Positions 30,784 to 38,903 of a DNA stretch of 64,000 bases are shown in pieces. Position 1 is the first letter of the stretch. The number at the start of each line of letters is the position of its first letter. Source of the DNA: an uncultured Verrucomicrobiae bacterium (GTDB lineage: Bacteria; Verrucomicrobiota; Verrucomicrobiia; Chthoniobacterales; UBA10450); NCBI GenBank assembly GCA_963801815.1, contig CAWDGJ010000002.1, positions 576,001 to 640,000 of the forward strand. Reading direction: 5' to 3'. Below the pieces are notes generated by a model. It was not told the DNA's origin, did not search any database, and saw nothing but the letters and a program-made list of their open reading frames with translations. The position numbers were made by a program, and so were the translations under genes.

Positions 30784-32136
30784 ATGGGCTGGATCGATCG
30801 ACGTTATCAAATAACGCCGCTTTTCGAATTTTTGCGGCACAAAGAAGTGCCGATCGGTTCGCACTGGATGGGTTGGTATTACCTCGGAGGTGTGACGATG
30901 TTTTTCTTCATCGTCCAGGTAATCACCGGCGTGCTCTTGCTGATGTATTATCAACCGGGCGAAGCGACTTCCTACGAAAGCATTCGATTCTTGACCACAA
31001 AAGTCCCGTTCGGGTGGCTCATTAGATCAATTCACAGTTGGAGCGCGCACCTGATGATCATCTCACTGCTGCTCCACATGTTCAGCACGATGATGTTGAA
31101 AGCGTATCGCCCGCCGCGCGAAATCACCTGGGTCTCGGGATATCTTCTGTTTTTGTTGACCCTCGGTTTCGGTTTTTCCGGCTATCTGTTGCCGTGGAAT
31201 AAGCTGGCTTATTTCGCGACGACGGTGGGCACGAATATCGTGCAGTCAGTGCCGTTGTTGGGCGATTGGCTGTTGCAGGTTCTGCGCGGCGGACACGATG
31301 TCACGATCAACACGCTTTACCGGTTCTTTGCCGGGCATGTCGTGATTCTGCCGCTCGCCTTCGTCGGATTGATCGGCTTGCACTTGCTTTTGATTCAACG
31401 CCAGGGAATGGCACCGCCGGTTGGTGCGACGACCGCGCCGCGCGGAATGAAGTTTTTCCCAAGCTTCGCATTGCGCGACCTGTTGCTCTGGTTCGCGTGC
31501 TTGATGTTGCTCGCCACCCTCGCCGTTTTTCTACCTTACGGTCCCGGAATTCCCGGAATGGACTGGGAGCTCGGCGATAAAGCCGACCCATTCGCGCCGG
31601 CTTATCCAGGAATTAAACCGGAATGGTATTTCCTTTGGGAGTATCAACTGCTGAAGGAATTTCCTCCGCATCTCTTCGGACTCGAAGGACCTCAAATCTG
31701 TTTGTTCGTGATCGCGATCCTGCTTGGCATTTGGGCGATCATCCCCTGGTTGGATCGGCGCGCTTTTCGCAATGTGCACTCACCCGCATTCAGTGATTTT
31801 GGCTGGGCCGCGATTCTGTTCCTGACCTATCTGACGCTGATGGGCTGGGACATCGGTGCGAAAAGCGGAAGCGATGACCCCTCCTCATTGCAGAAAATTG
31901 CGCACACTTGCGCGTTGTGGACTTTGGGCGCAGGCGCCGTCGTCGCAATCGTCCGGGCCTGGCGGTTCGAGCATCGCTGGTTCATTCTCACCGGCGCAGC
32001 GTTGCTGCACATCACGCTCCACGGCTTGTTAGGGCTCTCTTATCTGCTCGCCGCACTGATTTCGGGCGGCGCCGCTGCCGTCGTCATCATCGCAATGTTC
32101 ATGCTCGACCGCGGCAACCGGAGTGCCGCTCCATGA
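30784..32136 (+). CDS. Cytochrome b of a Rieske/cytochrome b complex (fused b6 plus subunit IV, extra C-terminal helices)
   Basis: GWLIRSIHSWSAH, FSGYLLPW, RFFAGH...LH, Qo motif KPEWY. Confidence 0.95.
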   Translation: MGWIDRRYQITPLFEFLRHKEVPIGSHWMGWYYLGGVTMFFFIVQVITGVLLLMYYQPGEATSYESIRFLTTKVPFGWLIRSIHSWSAHLMIISLLLHMFSTMMLKAYRPPREITWVSGYLLFLLTLGFGFSGYLLPWNKLAYFATTVGTNIVQSVPLLGDWLLQVLRGGHDVTINTLYRFFAGHVVILPLAFVGLIGLHLLLIQRQGMAPPVGATTAPRGMKFFPSFALRDLLLWFACLMLLATLAVFLPYGPGIPGMDWELGDKADPFAPAYPGIKPEWYFLWEYQLLKEFPPHLFGLEGPQICLFVIAILLGIWAIIPWLDRRAFRNVHSPAFSDFGWAAILFLTYLTLMGWDIGAKSGSDDPSSLQKIAHTCALWTLGAGAVVAIVRAWRFEHRWFILTGAALLHITLHGLLGLSYLLAALISGGAAAVVIIAMFMLDRGNRSAAP

Positions 32137-33671
32137 AAATGTTGACCACCTTCGCTGCGGTAGCGTTGCTTTCGACCATCGCGTATGCGGCCGGCCAAAC
32201 AGAGACCAAAATATCGCCGAAGCTTGCTGCAATGCTCGACGCCAAGGACGAGCAGGGCAAACCGATCGTCACTCTGGAACAGCGAAATTATTTCGAGGGA
32301 CTGAACGACAATCTCAAAGAGTTGCTTAACCACGCCGCCGAGAAAGAAACGATCTCGCGCGCGGAACACTTATCGATTCTTCTCGGTTTACAGTTGAATC
32401 CGCAAAAGATGGAGTTGTTGCTGCAAAACAACTGCATTCTCTGCCACAGCGATTCCGCCAACCACACAGCCGACACGCTTTTTGCTGTCACGTCAGGGGC
32501 CGAGGCCGCGGCGTCCCACATGAATCTGAAACAGGTGGTCGAAGACGTGCATTTTCGTCGCGGCGTTTCATGCGCCGGCTGTCACGGCGGTGACCCGACG
32601 GCTGACCTTGGTCACGACTTCGTGAAAGAGTGGCCGGAAAAAGATCGGGACAAGAATCGCGCCTGGGTTGTCGCTTTTTGCGCGCGCTGCCATTCCGATC
32701 CGACAAAGATGCACGACTTCAATCCGGCGCTGCCGACGGATCAGCTCGCAAAATTCAAAACCAGTCCCCACGGTCATCGACTTCTCGATCTGCACGACGA
32801 TCGCGCGCCGTCATGTGTGAGCTGCCACGGAGTCCATGGGATTCGACCGGCAAAAGATCCGCAGTCCAAGGTGTATGCCCAGCGCGTTCCCGAGACGTGC
32901 GGCGCGTGTCATGCAAATGCCGAGATCATGGCCGGCATCACGAAGGCTGACGGATCGCCGATGCCGACAACACAGTTGGCCGAATACAAGAAAAGCGTTC
33001 ACGGGCGAGCTTTGCTCGAGCGCGGGGATCTCGGCGCGCCCCGATGCAATACGTGCCATGGTAATCACGCAGCCAGTCCCCCCGGCGTGGCCCAAGTCAG
33101 CAAGAGTTGCAGCATCTGCCATTCGGCGAACGCCGGCCTGTTTGATGGCAGCAAACACAAGCAGGCTTTTGATCAACGCAACTGGCCGGAGTGCGGCAAG
33201 TGCCACAGTAATCACAACATTGTCAAAACAAACGACGCGATGCTGTCGACTGCGGCCGGCGGTTTGTGCGGAGATTGCCACCGGCAGTACGCCAAGGACA
33301 ATCCCGATTGCATCCAAAGCGCGGATTATTTTCACCACACCATCGCGCAAATGGACGAAGAGCGGAGTCGGTTCAGCGCTGAGTCTGAAAAACTCGCGGC
33401 CCGAGGTTTGGATGTCGAGCCGATCAGCAATCAGCTCACCGAGCTCACAGACACGCTGAAGAAATCGCGCACCTATGTGCATTCGTTCAGCCGGAGCACT
33501 TTCCAACAAGCAGCCGCGCCGGGATTGGTCGCGATCACGAAAGTTCAGGAGTTAACGAACGCGGCGCATCAGGAACACAAGTATCGGCAATACGGCCTGG
33601 GCGTGAGTATTGCCGTCATCGGACTGTTGATGCTGACGATTTATCTCAAACTGCGACAGCTCGAGAAATGA
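32133..33671 (+). CDS. Nonaheme cytochrome c with signal peptide and C-terminal membrane anchor, in the cytochrome c1 position
   Basis: CILCH, CAGCH, CARCH, CVSCH, CGACH, CNTCH, CSICH, CGKCH, CGDCH; ATGA overlap with cytochrome b; helical stalk and final TM helix. Confidence 0.9.
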   Translation: MKMLTTFAAVALLSTIAYAAGQTETKISPKLAAMLDAKDEQGKPIVTLEQRNYFEGLNDNLKELLNHAAEKETISRAEHLSILLGLQLNPQKMELLLQNNCILCHSDSANHTADTLFAVTSGAEAAASHMNLKQVVEDVHFRRGVSCAGCHGGDPTADLGHDFVKEWPEKDRDKNRAWVVAFCARCHSDPTKMHDFNPALPTDQLAKFKTSPHGHRLLDLHDDRAPSCVSCHGVHGIRPAKDPQSKVYAQRVPETCGACHANAEIMAGITKADGSPMPTTQLAEYKKSVHGRALLERGDLGAPRCNTCHGNHAASPPGVAQVSKSCSICHSANAGLFDGSKHKQAFDQRNWPECGKCHSNHNIVKTNDAMLSTAAGGLCGDCHRQYAKDNPDCIQSADYFHHTIAQMDEERSRFSAESEKLAARGLDVEPISNQLTELTDTLKKSRTYVHSFSRSTFQQAAAPGLVAITKVQELTNAAHQEHKYRQYGLGVSIAVIGLLMLTIYLKLRQLEK

Positions 33672-33805
33672 TGCCGCCGTCCGACCAGAGCGACCAGAAA
33701 AAGGAATTCTTTCCGAGCGGCGCGATTTTCTTTTTTGCGTTGCTGTTGGTTTTCTATGCAGCGCTTTGGCTCGTGATCTACTGGCTGATGATCGCGCGCA
33801 GTTGA
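33668..33805 (+). CDS. cbaD: ba3-type oxidase subunit IIa (45 aa); missing from the ORF track
   Basis: MMPPSDQSDQKKEFFPSGAIFFFALLLVFYAALWLVIYWLMIARS*; P.GA...W..xY....AR pattern as in Thermus subunit IIa; fills the gap before subunit II exactly. Confidence 0.8.
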   Translation: MMPPSDQSDQKKEFFPSGAIFFFALLLVFYAALWLVIYWLMIARS

Positions 33806-33806
33806 T

Positions 33807-34580
33807 ATGACTCCCGCGCTTAAACTCGAACGGAGAATTGTCGTCATTGCAACCGCCTTCGTGATCGTGCTGTTCGGACTGGCCGCGATGGCAATCAACA
33901 TGTTTCACGTTGGCCTTCCTACCTGTTTGACCGACATCAAACCTTTTGAGAAAGGCGAGCTCATCACCCACTCACCAACTCATTACGAAATCCATTACGT
34001 AGCGAAAATGTGGGACTTCGAACCGGCCGAAGTCGTTGTGCCCGCAGGATCAACCGTCGACGTTTATGTGAGCACGCCGGATGTCACGCATGGACTCATT
34101 CTTCTGGGGACGAACCTGAACCTGATGGTCGTCCCGGGAGTCGTGAATTACGCGCGCCTGAAGTTCGATCAACCGCACAACTACCAACTGCTTTGCCACG
34201 AGTATTGCGGGACCGGCCACGAGCGGATGGCCGCCAATTTGCGCGTGGTCGATGCGACAACATTCGAGGCGAAGAAAATCGCGCCCGCCCCACCAGAGAT
34301 CAACGACGCAGCCTACAAGCTGCTCGAAGCCAAGGATTGTTTCACCTGTCATTCGATCGACGGTTCGGAAGGAATTGGTCCGACGTTCAAGGGAATGTTC
34401 GACCGTAAAACAAAGCTGAAGAGCGGCGCCACGATTACTGCGGACGACGCCTATCTGCGCGAATCAATCGTCAATCCCAGCGCGAAAATCGTTGACGGTT
34501 TTGACGATGTGATGCCGAAACCGGAGGTGACCGGCGAAGAAGTCGACGTCATCCTCAAATATCTCGAGAACTTAAAATAG
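33807..34580 (+). CDS. cbaB: Heme-copper oxidase subunit II (CuA) with a fused C-terminal cytochrome c domain
   Basis: Single TM helix; DVTHG and CHEYCGTGHERM CuA ligands; CFTCH...YLRESIVNP...VMP cytochrome c domain. Confidence 0.9.
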   Translation: MTPALKLERRIVVIATAFVIVLFGLAAMAINMFHVGLPTCLTDIKPFEKGELITHSPTHYEIHYVAKMWDFEPAEVVVPAGSTVDVYVSTPDVTHGLILLGTNLNLMVVPGVVNYARLKFDQPHNYQLLCHEYCGTGHERMAANLRVVDATTFEAKKIAPAPPEINDAAYKLLEAKDCFTCHSIDGSEGIGPTFKGMFDRKTKLKSGATITADDAYLRESIVNPSAKIVDGFDDVMPKPEVTGEEVDVILKYLENLK

Positions 34581-34587
34581 AAAACTG

Positions 34588-36327
34588 ATGGAACTTCCTA
34601 ACGAACGCCCGTTTTCGCCAAACGCCAGTCCGGATCGGACCTACGGCGTGGCGAGCATCGAGTCAGGACTGAAACGGATGATTCTGATCGAACTGATCTT
34701 TCCGACCACGTTGCTGATTCTCGGGATTTATCACGGCCTGATGCAGGTGCTCTATCGCGCAGGCCACATTCATACGCGGAAGGTCCTGGGACTCGATTAT
34801 TACCAGGGTCTGACCCTTCACGGCGTCGTCAACGCAATCGTGTTCACAACTTTCTTTGCAGTCGCGTTCGGGTACGCGGTGATTCGTTTTTACCTCGGCA
34901 GGGTGAACATGAAGGTCGCATGGCTCTCATTCGCCTTGATGATCGTGGGCACGTTGCTTGCCGCCGCTGCAATTTTATCAGGAACATCGAGCGTTCTTTA
35001 CACGTTTTATCCGCCGCTGCGCGCCCATCCGGCGTTTTACATCGGATTAACGCTGGTCGTCGTCGGTTCCTGGATCGCGTTCTTCAACTGGCTGCCAACC
35101 TATTTCACGTGGAAACGGGAGCATCACGGACAGAAAGTCCCGCTCGCGGTCGTCGGAATTTTCGCGGCATTTATCGTTTGGTTGATCGCAACGATTCCGG
35201 TCGCGATCGAAATCATCTTTTTGCTAATTCCGTGGTCGATGGGCTGGGTCCCAACCGTGAACGTCCCGCTCGCCAGAATGCTGTTTTGGTTCTTCGGACA
35301 CCCGCTCGTCTATTTCTGGCTGCTGCCGACCTACGTCATGTATTACACGATGCTCCCGAAAGTTTCGGGCGGAAAATTATTCTCCGACTTCGCGGGCCGG
35401 TTAACCTTCATGTGGCTCATTCTTTATTCCGCGCCGGTCGGCATTCACCATCAATTCACCGAGCCGGGCATTAGCAGCACGTGGAAATTCGTCCACGCGT
35501 TTTTCACCATGCTGGTGGCAGTTCCAAGTTTCGCGACCGCATTTGTGATGGCGGCATCGATGGAGCTTGGCGCGCGCGCCAACGGCGGCCGCGGCTTGAT
35601 TGGTTGGTGGAAAAAACTTCCCTACCTCGACACTCAGCGCTGGCTCTTTAGTTATTTCTTCTGTGGCCTTTTCATTTTTATTTTTGGCGGCGTGACCGGA
35701 ATCATCAACGCCTCGTACAATTTGGACATCGTCGTGCACAACACCTCCTGGTTGCCGGCACATTTTCATCAAACCGTTGCCGGGCCGGTTTTTCTTTCTT
35801 ACATCGGGATGACGCTGTTCCTGGTCGCGAAATTGATGGGCAAGGAAATCAAGTTTCCGCGCATGAATGTTTGGACTCCCTACATCTGGACGCTCGGCAT
35901 CATGATTTTCTCGACCGGACTTTTTATTGGCGGGGCCGCGGGTGAACCGCGCCGCACGAACATGGGATTGACCTACACCAATCCTCAGTCGCCGCTGTAT
36001 CACTCCGACTGGCAGGCTGCGAAAATGCTCGGCAGCCTCGGTGGAACCATCATGGCAATCGCAGCGATCATGTTCTTCATCGTTTTCTTCGTGACGTTGT
36101 TCAGCAAATCGACAAAGCCGGGCTCGCTTGAGCTCATCGTTTCCGAGCCGTATCACGACGAGCAAGTGCGTGCCGTGCAAAGTTTTACGCCGTGGTTAAT
36201 TGGAGCGGCGCTTCTGCTTGTAATCGCTTATGCACCGCCGATCGCGCAGACGCTGCGAAGCAATTTTCCGGGCGCGCGGCCTTATACTCCGGATCGACCA
36301 ACGCCAATGACCTTTTCGAAGCCGTGA
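34588..36327 (+). CDS. cbaA: Heme-copper oxygen reductase subunit I, B family (ba3-type)
   Basis: YYQGLTLHG, LYTFYPPL, FWFFGHPLVYFWLLP, GIHHQF, HNTSWLPAHFH, PRR. Confidence 0.93.
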   Translation: MELPNERPFSPNASPDRTYGVASIESGLKRMILIELIFPTTLLILGIYHGLMQVLYRAGHIHTRKVLGLDYYQGLTLHGVVNAIVFTTFFAVAFGYAVIRFYLGRVNMKVAWLSFALMIVGTLLAAAAILSGTSSVLYTFYPPLRAHPAFYIGLTLVVVGSWIAFFNWLPTYFTWKREHHGQKVPLAVVGIFAAFIVWLIATIPVAIEIIFLLIPWSMGWVPTVNVPLARMLFWFFGHPLVYFWLLPTYVMYYTMLPKVSGGKLFSDFAGRLTFMWLILYSAPVGIHHQFTEPGISSTWKFVHAFFTMLVAVPSFATAFVMAASMELGARANGGRGLIGWWKKLPYLDTQRWLFSYFFCGLFIFIFGGVTGIINASYNLDIVVHNTSWLPAHFHQTVAGPVFLSYIGMTLFLVAKLMGKEIKFPRMNVWTPYIWTLGIMIFSTGLFIGGAAGEPRRTNMGLTYTNPQSPLYHSDWQAAKMLGSLGGTIMAIAAIMFFIVFFVTLFSKSTKPGSLELIVSEPYHDEQVRAVQSFTPWLIGAALLLVIAYAPPIAQTLRSNFPGARPYTPDRPTPMTFSKP

Positions 36328-37040
36328 ACCAAACTCTCACGCTGCTCGCTTTTGCATTTCTCGCTTCGAGCGCGCCCGCGAATGTTGTCGATCTTGCTCC
36401 GCAACGTGGCCGCATGATTCCTTCGATTCATTGGATGGACGAAACTGGACGCGCACGGCAACTGTCAGAATTCTCCGGATATCCGTTCATCCTTCTTCCC
36501 ATTTATACCCGTTGTCCCGGTCCGTGCCTGCAAACTGTCGATCGCTTGAAGCAGGCGCTGACCGATGCTTCGGACAATCCGCGCCAATTTCGAGTTCTCC
36601 TCTTTTCCTTCGACCCGTCCGACAACGCGGCGACGCTGGCGAAATATCGGCGGCGGGAAAACATTCCGCTCAGTTGGTCGATCGGTGCCGGCTCACAATC
36701 CGAAATCGACGCGTTGCTCGAATCAGTTGGGGTTCAAGTTGGCAAAGCCGGAACGGAATTCACGCATCCCAATGTTCTTGTCGTCCTCGATTCGAAGCTG
36801 CGGATCGCGAAATGGATTTACGGGACAAACTATTCGGGCGCCGATGTCGATCGTGCGCTGAAGGTCGCCGCCGGTGAAAGCGATTGGATCGGCCAACACT
36901 CGCAAATGCTTTATTCGTTGCTACTTTTCGCCGGCTCCGGCCTTTGCGTGGCGCTCTCCTACCACTTGATGCAGTTCTTCTCGCTGCGGCGCTCAAGCCG
37001 CAGTGCATCGGTTATTGAGCCGATCGCCGCCGATCGCTAA
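36324..37040 (+). CDS. SCO/SenC copper chaperone
   Basis: YTRCPGPC (CxxxC), SFDP, conserved His in FTHP; GTGA overlap with subunit I; C-terminal TM helix. Confidence 0.88.
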   Translation: MNQTLTLLAFAFLASSAPANVVDLAPQRGRMIPSIHWMDETGRARQLSEFSGYPFILLPIYTRCPGPCLQTVDRLKQALTDASDNPRQFRVLLFSFDPSDNAATLAKYRRRENIPLSWSIGAGSQSEIDALLESVGVQVGKAGTEFTHPNVLVVLDSKLRIAKWIYGTNYSGADVDRALKVAAGESDWIGQHSQMLYSLLLFAGSGLCVALSYHLMQFFSLRRSSRSASVIEPIAADR

Positions 37041-38240
37041 GCCTTCGTGGGTCTCCTCAACGATGTGGTCGACCACAGCCTTCAAATCATGGCTGCTGCG
37101 TTCCCACGCGGCGAGTTGTCGGTCCGCGCCGGTGCCTTCGCTCATGATTTTTTCGACATGTGCGATTTCACGACCGAGCCCGAGCTCGTCCACTTCCGTT
37201 CCGATGAACTCGAGCATTTCGTGCAATAGGGTGCGCTCGTCGACTTCACTGCCGCGTCCGAAATCAATTAGCTTGCCGTCCAAACCGTAGCGGGCTGCGC
37301 GCCATCGGTTCTCATCTATCAAACGCCGCGGATAACTTCGGAACGTCACATTCTGTGCGCGCAGCTTGTGCAGTTTAACCACGATCGCCTGCATCAGCGC
37401 GGCCAGCGCAATCGTGTCGTCCACCCGCGATTGGGCATCGCAAATTCGAAACTCGATGGTGTTAAAAAACGGATGGAGCCGAATGTCCCACCAAATCTTC
37501 TTCGCGTTGTCGATGCAGTTGGTGGAGACCAGCAACTTCAGGTAATCGTCGTACTCCGATAGACTTTCGAACGCGTCGGGAATTCCAGTTCGGGGAAAGC
37601 GCTCGAAGATCATCTGCCGGTACGCTTTCAATCCGGTATTTTGGCCAAGCCAAAACGGCGAGTTCACTGACAATGCGTAAAGATGCGGCAGGAAGTAGCG
37701 CGCCTGGTTCATCACATCGATTGCTTCCTCGCGATCGGGAATGCCGACGTGCACGTGTAAACCCCAGATCAAATTCGCCCGCGCGATTTGCTGCATGTCG
37801 TTCAAGATCGTCACGTAACGCTCATCCGGACTGATGAGCTGGTCCATCCAATGCGAAAACGGATGCGTGCCGGACGACGCGATTTTGAGTCCTTCCATCT
37901 CCGCAATTCCCGCCAATTCACTGCGCAGCTCGATCACCTGGCGACGCGCGTCGTCGATGTCGTGACAGATTTCCGTTCCGAGTTCGACGACCGATTGATG
38001 AAACTCGGCTTTGACGCGTTCTTTTAACAACACTTTGCCGTCCGCGAGAATCTGTTGAATGTGCGACCGTAGCTCGCGCGTTTCTGGATCGATGATCTGG
38101 AATTCCTCCTCGATCCCAAGCGTGAATGTGTGATCGCGCGTGCCCGATCTCTTTGCCGAAGTTCTGGCCCGTGGCCGATGATTTTTCTTCGGGGTTAAAC
38201 GGCGATCCAGCATCGCGATAGAACTATTCGGCATCTTCAT
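36993..38240 (-). CDS. ybdK: Carboxylate-amine ligase, glutamate-cysteine ligase 2 (YbdK) family
   Basis: TLGIEEEFQ, GTHPFS, GLHVHVG, NSPFW, WWDIR, TIEFRICD. Confidence 0.9.
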   Translation of the reverse strand: MKMPNSSIAMLDRRLTPKKNHRPRARTSAKRSGTRDHTFTLGIEEEFQIIDPETRELRSHIQQILADGKVLLKERVKAEFHQSVVELGTEICHDIDDARRQVIELRSELAGIAEMEGLKIASSGTHPFSHWMDQLISPDERYVTILNDMQQIARANLIWGLHVHVGIPDREEAIDVMNQARYFLPHLYALSVNSPFWLGQNTGLKAYRQMIFERFPRTGIPDAFESLSEYDDYLKLLVSTNCIDNAKKIWWDIRLHPFFNTIEFRICDAQSRVDDTIALAALMQAIVVKLHKLRAQNVTFRSYPRRLIDENRWRAARYGLDGKLIDFGRGSEVDERTLLHEMLEFIGTEVDELGLGREIAHVEKIMSEGTGADRQLAAWERSSHDLKAVVDHIVEETHEGLAIGGDRLNNRCTAA

Positions 38241-38282
38241 GGTTCGATCATACTGGAGACGCGTGACGTCGCTTCACCGTAA

Positions 38283-38307
38283 TTGTCAATTCCTAGCCAT
38301 TTCTTGT
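38283..38307 (-). promoter_or_regulatory. Shared regulatory motif, copy 6 (variant)
   Basis: Minus strand ACAAGAAATGG CTAGGAATT GACAA; TATGAT begins 31 bp downstream (38252) and ends 6 nt before ATG 38240. Confidence 0.55.
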
Positions 38308-38327
38308 TGGGAATAAGCCGCCCGACA

Positions 38328-38352
38328 GCAAGAAACGCACACCATTAGCCAA
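38328..38352 (+). promoter_or_regulatory. Shared regulatory motif, copy 7
   Basis: GCAAGAAACGC ACACCATTA GCCAA; CATAGT at 38384, 32 bp downstream, ending 7 nt before ATG 38397. Confidence 0.62.
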
Positions 38353-38396
38353 CTCGCGCCAAGCACCCGCGATGCGGCCACAGCATAGTGTCACAT

Positions 38397-38903
38397 ATGA
38401 AAACCGAATCTCTGCTCCATCCTCTCGAAAATAAACAGGACCTTTGGAAAGAAATCGCCGCTCACCCGTTCCTCGCCGGAATGAGCGCGCATCATCTCGA
38501 CCTGCTGGCGCGTTACGCGACGAAAAAACAATTCAAACCGGACGAAGTCATTTTTCGCGCCGGCGAGCCTGCCCATGGTTTTTACCTGGTCGAGACCGGA
38601 CAAATCGCGCTCGAAGGCTCGGTAATGGAGCATGGACCAATCGCAACCGACATCGTCCAAGCCGGCGAACCACTTGGCTGGTCATGGTTATTCCCGCCAT
38701 ATCGCTGGCATTTTGACGCCCGGGCGCTCGAACCTGTCACCGTGATCTTCTTCGACGGCGATATTCTTCGCCAGCACTACAACGAAGATCTGACGCTCGG
38801 CCACGATCTCTCTCAACGAATGTGCAGAGTGATGGTGCATCGGCTTCAGGCCACCAGACGCAAATTGATCGCGACGATGCACAATTGCCGGCCTAACCAA
38901 TGA
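38397..38903 (+). CDS. Cyclic-nucleotide-binding domain protein (CRP/FNR-like, no HTH)
   Basis: IFRAGEPA..FYLV..G, GEPLGWSWLFPPYRWHFDARA. Confidence 0.87.
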   Translation: MKTESLLHPLENKQDLWKEIAAHPFLAGMSAHHLDLLARYATKKQFKPDEVIFRAGEPAHGFYLVETGQIALEGSVMEHGPIATDIVQAGEPLGWSWLFPPYRWHFDARALEPVTVIFFDGDILRQHYNEDLTLGHDLSQRMCRVMVHRLQATRRKLIATMHNCRPNQ

